Source: Eledone cirrhosa
Taxonomy: Eukaryota
DNA length: 64,000 nucleotides
Direction: 5' to 3'
Assembly (NCBI GenBank): GCA_964016885.1
Contig: OZ024741.1
Coordinates: 172,856,001-172,920,000 of the forward strand
Below, in pieces: positions 55,091-64,000 of the stretch. Both the position numbers and the translations under genes were made by a program. The notes under the pieces are model-generated. The model had not been told where the DNA came from. It saw only the letters and a list, made by a program, of their open reading frames with translations, and made no database searches. Position 1 is the stretch's first letter, and each line of letters begins with the position of its first letter.

Positions 55091-55855
55091 GTAGGGGACA
55101 ATGGGAGGTTATATTCAAAGTTGGTAGAGCATTCAGTCCAAAGAACGAGTTGGGTATATATTTAATTTTACAGCTAATACCAAACCATACTTGAGTACAC
55201 GTGTTTCACCTAAAAAAGAAGTATTCAACCCGTGTATATTTATAGCGTGAACGGAAGTACTTACGAGGTGGACGGATTCTACACAGAACAGGTTAGTTAT
55301 GACAAGGGTGTAACTCGAGTAGGACTTTTGAAGAACGATCCCTTGTAATAGTTCAGCACAGGTTAATCTTTTGGTTAACATGAGACGACTTTTAGACACC
55401 CAAAAAAGCGACGTATGGTCACTCAAGGTGGCAAACGTAATCTTCTCCATCAAATGGAAAATCGAGACCAAACGTAAATGGACCTACATCTTGCAAGCTG
55501 TGCATCGTTGAAAGAACAAATATCTCGCAGAGGTTAGTAACAATGCTTGCTTTAACACGAAAGCTTATTTTCTTAATCGCTGCCCCCATGCTTCGCAATT
55601 TTTGTTGTGTAACTAGAAGGACCCAGGATAACCAGAAAATTTAATCCGGGCTGGACTATCACAAGGGATCATTCTTCAAAAGTTTTCTCCCTCACAAAAG
55701 TTCATCTCGATTTGCCTCCCTTGCCTGAGATTTTCTCTGCAGAATCCATCCAGCTCATAAATACTTCCGTTCTCGCTATAACCATACACCAGTTGAATAA
55801 TCTTTTTTGATGTGAAACACGTGTTCTCAAGTATGGTTTGATAATTTTAGTCGAC
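55090..55855 (+). mobile_element. Degenerate Naiad-like PLE remnant with inverted 5' fragment
   Basis: 55180-55237 is the inverse of ~55785-55840 (GAAACACGTGT[A/T]CTCAAG half-hammerhead). Broken frames give HETTFRH..FSIKWKI..SCKLCIVE. Confidence 0.55.
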
Positions 55856-55869
55856 TTAACTTTATATAT

Positions 55870-56058
55870 AATTGTTTCTACTTTAGGCACAAGGCCAGCA
55901 ATCACCCAGTGCATTACTGGTACTTTATTTTATCGACCCCGTAAGGATGAAAGGCAAAGTCAACCTCGGCGGGATTTGAACTCAGATCGTAAAGGGACGT
56001 AACTATGCTGGAAAGCATGGCGTCCGACCCTCTACCGATACTGCCAATCCACCGCCCT
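55870..56058 (-). mobile_element. Full-length tRNA-derived SINE with ~17-bp TSD
   Basis: CTTAACTTTATATATAAT at 55855-55872 and 56057-56074. Confidence 0.92.
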
Positions 56059-56789
56059 TAACTTTATATATAATGTTTGTATGTATGCATTTATATACAG
56101 ATACACGTGTATGTGTGCACCCATATGCACCATAGTCGGCTCTTACTATCCATATGAAATGTTGCTTGTTGTAATACAATACAAAAAGTGAAGCGACCCC
56201 CCCCCCCCACCACCACCACCACATACGTATTCTTTCGTCAGCTACTGTCGTCCTACTGCTGTTATCATGTTATCAATGTCCATATATCCAATTTCCCCCT
56301 GTTATGTTTAGCCACATCCTCATCCTTATATATCAATCATACTCAAGCCAGTGGCGATTGCGTTGTATTGACATTTCTTTCATGCTAACCAGCTTGGTTT
56401 TATCTCGGATGAGAGCTTTCTTGACATTGTCATTCCATGCGGTGTTCATTTTCTCTCTCGGGTGTCTCATCAGGAATGCATATAGTCATTTTTACCTGTT
56501 TACCTAGCGCATGTATTAGAGGTGTGTTTGTTTGGATCACGATCATACGGTCGTGAGTTCGATTCTCGGCGATGTGTTGTGTCCTTTCACAATGATCCAG
56601 TCTACCAAGCTGGCGAAATGAGTTGTACCGGTAATTCATAAACTACGTCACACTGACTCTCCCTGAGGACTACGTTAAGGATATACCTGTCAGTAGAATG
56701 CTTAGTCACCTGCACGTTGATTTCATGATAAACTGTTTTATTGGTCGAACGATTGGGACACTCGTCTTCAAAACCGATCTCTATATTGT

Positions 56790-58900
56790 GGTAGCTAAAT
56801 TCATTTCTAAGTATATTTTCGACTTCAATTGGTGTGCTTGTTCCATGGCTGCCCTATCAACTTTTTTCTGAATACCGAGCTTTACTTGCTTAACCTGTTA
56901 TCTCATGTGTCACTGAATCTACCGACATTATTAATTGTCAGATATGTTAAGTGGTTTGGATCTACAGGACATAGCTGATAAAGAACTTCAGACGTCCACA
57001 CTTTGTGGCTGCACTGTTAAAAGCATTCTTTTGTCTTACGTTTTATACGACAAATGCACAATCATCATCAAACAAAATTTCATTCACTAACATATGTGTG
57101 ATCTCTCGCATATATTTGAGGTGCGACGCCTTAAACTGCTTCAGTCGAATTCCAGAATGCCTCCTCTGGCATCCCTGATAAATTAAATGAGAATAATATT
57201 GGCACTAGCACAGAGACCTGTTTGACTCCCACAATAACAACATCAAACTGTGTAGAGCTGGAGCTCACCTGAATAAGATGAGCTCCCATGTCAATGTCTC
57301 AGATTCTGCTGTACGAAGAAACTTTTCTGGGTATCTAAAACCTCCGAATACCTGCTATCGACCGGACTAGTTTACTGTATCAAATGCTTTCATAAAATCA
57401 GCGAAAGCTGCACATAATGCCTCGTCTTATTCCATGCATTTGTTTAATCTGTCGGAAGCAGAATACTGTACTTTAGCATGTATACATCTTCTGAACTCAT
57501 TTTCAGCTTCAGGTAGAACTGTTGTGATTTTCCCATTCGTTCTATTAAGTAATACTCATAAGAAGATCTCTCGTCTAATGGTCAATAGGGAAATCCTTTA
57601 ATAGCTCTCGCATTCATTCTTGAATATGGGGACGGTACTAGCATTGTTCCAGTTCTGTGGAATACCACCAGCTTCTCATGGTTTTAATATCAATTGGTGG
57701 AGATATCTAATGGGTTTATATCCTCTATCTTTCAGACATCTGCTGGAATTCCGATCACTCCTGGAGTACTTCTACCTAAGTGGGACTTTATTGCGACCAG
57801 CACCTCTAATTGGCGGATCACTTATGATTACATCAATAGTATGATGCGTCACATACTACAAAGTTCTTTGTTCGATGTGTTCTGGTACTTTGAGGAATTG
57901 CTGGAAGTTCTCTGCAAAACGATCAGGTTTTTGTATTTTTCATGGAATTTTGTTGACCTATCAACTAAGTTCCGTATACAACATTCAATTTAGGATAGAA
58001 GCTACCCATACCATCGAAATAAGGAGGAGTTTGTAAGTTCATTGCTTTGTTTTCCCACGTCTACCTCATCTTGCCGGTGTTATGGTACAGTACACTCTTC
58101 GTTTGGAAGTTATCAGAGCTTAATGGAGACATATCTGGTGAGCGTGAATGTATTTTTCTAACAGTGAAGCATGAGTGGTATCATCGCAAGCAAATTAGTC
58201 TTCATGCTTCTTATTGGCTTATGAAGTCTAGCTTTAGTTGCGTCATACGCTATGGGTGACGCCGGGAACACTTCACTCTTATGCTTCCTTTGTTTGTTTG
58301 TTGTTTTCTTTTCGTGGGTTTCATTCGATTCCAGAGCTTTTTCATATCTCTTTCTAAAATGATTTCTCTGTTTTTATTCACCAGCTTCCCACTTGCCTGG
58401 TTCTATTCAGTTTGGGGATTACTGTGCAGGCTATCAAAACATATGGTGACTTGTGCAACAGTTTGCTCCTCTCACTACTCTGTCATGCTATCTGGTTATG
58501 GTGTAGCCTAGGCGATACCAGTGCTGAATCCAGGTCATTTCACGTTCGTCCTTTTCTTTGAAATCGAGTCGAGAATAATGAAGCCATACTTGGATCACAA
58601 AGTGAAGAAACGTTATCCATCTGGGTTGTATATCCCACACATTGTTTAGAACAAACACCAGGAAGCCTTTCTGAAAAGGCGTATTAGTATCATCGTGTTG
58701 CTCTAAGGCAAATGGTCATTTACAGAGAACTGTAAAATTTCTCTTTTGCACTATTTTAATTGTAGGAGCATTCAAGTAGCATAGCATCTACTTCTGCTGG
58801 TCACTCTCAGACACTAATAGCAGTTGGTTCTTGATTTAATTCTACCCTAATACTTCTTACTGTTGTAAATCCAGCGATGGACACATGCCTCGGCTTTATT
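56790..58900 (-). pseudogene. Degenerate RTE-clade LINE (APE and RT fragments)
   Basis: Minus strand broken frames give AAFADFMKAFDTVN (~57410), EILFDDDCAF (~57070), EVLVAIKSHLGRSTPGVIGIPA (~57790) and KEKFY (~58745). Confidence 0.7.
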
Positions 58901-59031
58901 GGTTTCACATTACAAAATTAAATATATAACCCGTATCTCCGATACTGTCATGTGCAAGCAGTTTAAATGCATGCATGTATGTATTTGTGTGTATATGTAT
59001 GTATGTAAGCATGCATATTAGCATTCATACA

Positions 59032-59063
<32 letters not shown>

Positions 59064-59196
59064 CAGTATACATACATACATGGTGGCTGCCAACTCGTTT
59101 TCAAGTACGGCCACTACTTTATATCCATGTAGGAGAACCCCTACCGATGCGTTGAACAAGTGTGACTTTTTAGTCCAGCCAGCGACTTGAAAACTC

Positions 59197-59650
59197 TGTA
59201 CAAACACTACACCTGTGACAATTACTGACACATAGTGCTGGGCCCATGGTACGATGTGACGACAAGTGCAGAGAGATCTCCAGATATAAAGCAATGCCTG
59301 TGCCGTGAAGCTTTTGTAGTGAGCAAAGGCACTGCACAATGGCCATCCAAAATCACCGGGAGAGATGACCCCTTAGCCTTTGTCAAGGCAGAATTCTAGG
59401 AGAAGGAAAACTCTGATATAACACCTGCAACCCTGATGGTATCCGATGATGTTGACTTGTTCTTCTTTTTGGTAAATATCATCTTGGTTAAGAGAGTGGG
59501 ACTGGCTTTGTGCAGTGCATTTGCTCACTATAAAAGCTTCACGGCACAGGCATTGCTTTATGTCTGGAGATCTCTCTGCACTTGTCATCACATGGTACCA
59601 TGGGCCCAGCACTATGTGTCAATAATTGTCACAAGTGTAATGTTTGTACA
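59197..59650. repeat. Fold-back element with ~143-bp inverted arms, in (TACA)n context
   Basis: 59197-59339 is the reverse complement of 59508-59650 with scattered mismatches; the spacer is ~168 bp. Confidence 0.85.
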
Positions 59651-59787
59651 TACATACATACATACATACATACATACATACATACATACATACATACATA
59701 CATGACTACCTAGTAAGTGTTGCGTAAGCCCCAATATCTTGTTTCTTGGCTAGAAACCGACTCTGTGAAACTTTTTTGCAATAATTA

Positions 59788-59955
59788 CCGTATTTCCCGG
59801 CGTTGAAGACGCTACTTTTTCCCGAAAATAAGTCTCAAAAATCTACCATGCGCCCTGGAGGCCGAAGGTTGTTTATTATATTTTTTCAAATTTTTGGTTG
59901 TCAAAATTAGGGTGCGTCCTCGAGGACGAAGCGTCTTCGGCGCCGGGAAATACAG
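59788..59955. mobile_element. pogo/Tigger-like (Tc1/mariner superfamily) MITE
   Basis: TA-CCGTATTTCCCGGCGTTGAAGACGC ... GCGTCTTCGGCGCCGGGAAATACAG-TA; 168 bp. Confidence 0.85.
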
Positions 59956-61020
59956 TACATTAATGTTCATACACATACACACACAATAATGTTTACGGAA
60001 ACAAACGCTTAACAGAAAAACAGAACTAGTCCGGTAAGAGTCACTTTTTATTCAATTAAAATATTCTCTCTACTTTACTTTAATTGTAGTCCCTTTATGT
60101 ATGGAAATGAATGCATATAATTTTGAAGAACATCAATCTTTCTAACGGCAAATAGTCGGAACACGACAGTCTCACAGAAATAACATAACATGACCTTAGA
60201 CAAGCAGAATAATTGATTGACATCACTCGCATGCTGTTTATGGAACAAATTAACCTCTAATTAACAAGAAGCAACATTATACTGGTTTTCAGCTTCACAA
60301 ATTATATAGCACTTATCTCAATAGCACATGGGCTCATACAATCTTCTGATATTATAGGATTAACATTGTATATAGAATTAACAAAGTATATATAACATGA
60401 AAGGACCTGCAGATCATCATTATACAAGAAGAACTTTAACTCTATCATTTCTTTTATTCTATACTTCTGAGGTACACAAACCTCTAAAAGATTGCATTGT
60501 GATAAACCATGTGCTAAACATTGCTTAATATTATGATATTATTTTTCTAACTGATGTTAAAGGAAACCTCTAGTGTTCTCCTGGGTTAATGAACTATATC
60601 CCTAGTCCGTTTGATCAGGAAAAAGATGGCCATCTATAACTATGAGTCCCGGGTGGATTAGAGCTTTCAGTGATTCTCCTTCCTCATTCTTCGTAGAAAT
60701 AATTTCGCTACTTTGCCTATTGGAACTCATTTAACTTTTATTGATATATAAGGATGAGGATGTGGCTAAACATAACAGGGGGAAATTGTATATATGGACA
60801 TTGGTAACATGATAACAGCAGTAGGACGACAGTAGCTGACGAAAGAATACGTATGTGGTGGTGGGGGGGGGGGTCGCTTCACTTTTTGTATTGTATTACA
60901 ACAAGCAACATTTCATATGGATAGTAAGAGCCGACTATGGTGCATATGGGTGCACACATACACGTGTATCTGTATATAAATGCATACATACAAACATTAT
61001 ATATAAAGTTAAGTTATATA

Positions 61021-61136
61021 TGAGTTCAAATCCCGCCGAGGTTGACTTTGCCTTTCATCCTTACGGGGTCGATAAAATAAAGTACCAGTAATATACTGGG
61101 ATAATTGCTGGCCTTGTGCCAAAAGTAGAAACAATT
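61021..61136 (+). mobile_element. 5'-truncated tRNA-derived SINE
   Basis: Starts at the B box GAGTTCAAATCCC; family core and tail follow. Confidence 0.88.
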
Positions 61137-61477
61137 AAGATCTAATGAAATAAAATCAAATGATAATATAATGATTTATTCCTGCAAAGAATAAACAATA
61201 ATACAAACTAAAAATAGGCATCAGAGAAAATGAAATGTATTGAGTTTAGTTAAGGACTAAAAGCTGTGGTTTTGGTTTGGCTTTGTTTTACTGATTTACC
61301 ATTTCACGGACCTTTGTTAATTCCAAATAAATTCCATTTCTTGGAGGAAAGAAAACGTGAATGTATCTCCTTGGAGATACATTCTGTAAGAAGAAGAAAG
61401 ATGATAAATTACACAAGTAGATATAGGCAGAATATTTGAATATGTTTCAAGGGAAATAATGTAGGTAGAATGAGATG

Positions 61478-64000
61478 AGAGAAGTGGAAGTCAGTTGAAA
61501 AGGTGTAATGAGAGAAGAGGGTGGCAGTTGACAAGGTGTGATGAGAGGGTGGCAGTTGACAAGGTGTGAGGAGAGGGTGGCAGTTGACAAGGTGTGAGGA
61601 GAGGGTGGCAGTTGACAAGGTGTGATGAGAGGTTGGCAGTTCACAAGGTGTAATGAGAGAAGAGGGTGGCAGTTGACAAGGTGTGAGGAGAGGGTCGCAG
61701 TTGAAAAGGTGTGATGAGAGGGTGGCAGTTGACAAGGTGTGAGGAGAGGGTGGCAGTTGACAAGGTGTGAAGAGAGGCTGGCAGTTGACAAGGTGTGAGG
61801 AGAGGTGGTGGCAGTTGACAAGGTGTGATGAGAGGAGGTGGTGACAGTTGACAAGGTGTGAGGAGAGGGTGGCAGTTGACAAGGTGTGGTGAGAGGAGGT
61901 GGGAGTGGACAAGGTGTGATGAGAATAGGTGACTGTGGACAAGATGTTAGGAGAGGAGAGGGTGGCAGTTGACAAAGAGTGAGGAGAGGGTGGCAGTTGA
62001 CAAGGTGTGATTAAAGGAGGTGACAGTGAACAAGGTGTGATGAGAGGTGGTGACAGTGGACAAGGTGTGAGGAGAGGAGAGGGTGGCAGTTGACAAGGTG
62101 TGGTGAGAGGAGAGCAGTTGACAACGTGTGATGAGAAGGTGGCAGTTAACAAGGTTGATGAGAGGAGAGGGTGGCAGTTGACAAGGTGTGATGAGAGGAG
62201 GTGACAGTGGACAAGGTGTGCTGAGAGGAGAGGGTGGAAGTTGACAAGGTGTGATGAGAGGGTGGCAGTTGACAAGGTGTGATGATTGGAGGTGACAGTT
62301 GACAAGGTGTGATGAGAGGAGAGGGTGGCAGTTGAAAAGGTGTGATGAGAGGAGAGGGTGGCAGTTGACAAGGTGTGATGAGAGGGTGACAGTTGACAAG
62401 GTGTGATGAGAGGAGAGGGTGGCAGTTGACAAGGTGTGATGAGAGGATGTGAAAGTTGAGAAGGTGTGATGAGAGGAGAGGGTGGCAGTTGACAAGGTGT
62501 GGTGAGACGAGAGCGTGGCAGTTGACAAGTTGTGGTGAGGAGAGAGGGTGGCAGTTGACAAGGTGTGATGAGAGGAAAGGGTGGCAGTTGACAAGTTGTG
62601 ATGAGAGGAGGTGACAGTTGACAAGGTGTGATGAGAGGAGAGGGTGGCAGTTGACAAGGTGTGATGAGAGGAGTTGACAGTTGACAAGGTGTGATGTGAG
62701 GAGAGGGTGGCAGTTGACAAGGTGTGGTGAGACGAGAGCGTGGCAGTTGACAAGTTGTGGTGAGGAGAGAGGGTGGCAGTTGACAAGGTGTGATGAGAGG
62801 AGAGGGTGGCAGTTGACAAGGTGTGATGAGAGGAGATGACAGTTGACAAGGTGTAATGAGAGGAGAGGGTGGCAGTTGACAATGTGTGATGAGAGGAGAG
62901 GGTGGCAGTTGACAAGTTGTGGTGAGAGGAGAGGGTGGCAGTTGACAAGGTGTGATGAGAGGTGAAGGTGGCAGTTGACAAGGTGTGATGAGAGGAGGTG
63001 ACAGTTGACAAGGTGTGATGAGAGGAGAGGGTGGCAGTTGACAAGTTGTGGTGGGAGGAGAGGGTGGCAGTTGACAAGGTGTGATGAGAGGAGATGACAG
63101 TTGACAAGGTGTGATCAGAGGAGACGGTGGCAGTTGACAAGGTGTGATGAGAGGAGAGGGTGGCAGTTGACAAGGTGTGATGAGAGGAGGTGACAGTTGA
63201 CAAGGTGTGATGAGAAGAGAGGTTGGCAGTTGACAAGGTGTGTTGAGAGGAGAGGGTGGCAGTTGACAAGTTGTGGTGCGAGGAGAGGGTGGCAATTGAC
63301 AAGGTGTGATGAGAGGAGAGGGTGGCAGTTGACAAGTTGTGATGAGAGGAGGTGACAGTTGACAAGGTGTGATGAGAGGAGAGGGTGGCAGTTGACAAGG
63401 TGTGATGAGAGGAGAGGGTGGTAGTTGACAAGGTGTGATGAGAGGAGTTGACAGTTGACAAGGTGTGATGTGAGGAGAGGGTGGCAGTTGACAAGGTGTG
63501 GTGAGAGGAGAGGGTGGCAGTTGACAAGGTGTGAAGAGGGGAGAGGGTGAGAGTTGACAAGGTGAGATGAGAGGAGGTGAAAGTGGACAAGGTGTGGTGA
63601 GAGGAGAGGGTCGTAGTTGACAAGGTGTGATGAAAGGAGGTGGTGGCAGTTGACAAGGTGTGGTGAGAGGAGGTGACAGTGGACAATGTGTGATGAGAGG
63701 AGAGGGTGGCAGTTGACAAGGTGTGGTGAGAGGAGGGCGTGGCAGTTGACAAGTTGTGGTGAGAAGAGAGGGTGGCAGTTGACAAGGTGTGATGAGAGGA
63801 GAGGGTGGCAGTTGATAAGTTGTGGTAAGAGGAGAGCGTGGCAGTTGACAAGGTGTGATGAGAGGAGAGGGTGGCAGTTGACAAGGTGTGATGAGAGGAG
63901 GTGACAGTTGACAAGGTGTAATGAGAAGAGAGGGTGGCAGTTGACAAGGTGTGTTGAGAGGAGAGGGTGGCAGTTGAAAAGGTGTGGTGAGAGGAGAGGG
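61478..64000. repeat. G-rich minisatellite, units of 28/30/33 bp, running off the window end
   Basis: Consensus GAGAGGAGAGGGTGGCAGTTGACAAGGTGTGAT (33 bp), with variants GAGAGGAGGTGACAGTTGACAAGGTGTGAT (30 bp) and GAGAGGGTGGCAGTTGACAAGGTGTGAT (28 bp). Confidence 0.97.

Noticed and set aside
61409-63947. 628-aa and 666-aa minus-strand ORFs as genes
   Set aside because: They lie almost entirely within the minisatellite, overlap in different frames, and have no unique domain, signal peptide or splice support.
61478-64000. CRISPR-like array
   Set aside because: Units are contiguous with no unique spacers, no cas genes are present, and the context is eukaryotic.

Overview
AT-rich, microsatellite-dense animal DNA. 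The SINE and repeat content suggests a cephalopod/octopus-like genome (inference). No host protein-coding gene could be supported; nearly all long ORFs in the track are (TA)n/(CA)n or minisatellite artefacts. The only large intact ORF is a Penelope-like retroelement (PLE) RT + GIY-YIG polyprotein (27744-30725), with an inverted 5' pseudo-LTR (pLTR) and a second 5'-truncated copy (22752-24645). The window also holds Naiad-type PLE remnants, degenerate R4/Dong, RTE and L1/Tx1-like LINE fragments, a Ty3/gypsy PBS-gag fragment, many tRNA-derived SINEs, two TA-flanked MITEs and a 28/30/33-bp minisatellite at the right end. The hidden layer is RNA: about 20 hammerhead-ribozyme (HHR) motifs from at least 8 short families, most sitting in (TA)n tracts, many as fold-back insertions. 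The best candidate for something new is a non-circularly permuted, pseudoknotted hammerhead-like motif. It occurs in two divergent families (14756-14825; 15613-15682 and 16247-16316, minus strand) with compensatory changes in three helices, and two copies delimit a 634-nt tandem unit resembling a retrozyme. All RNA folds were assigned by eye; none was computed or tested.
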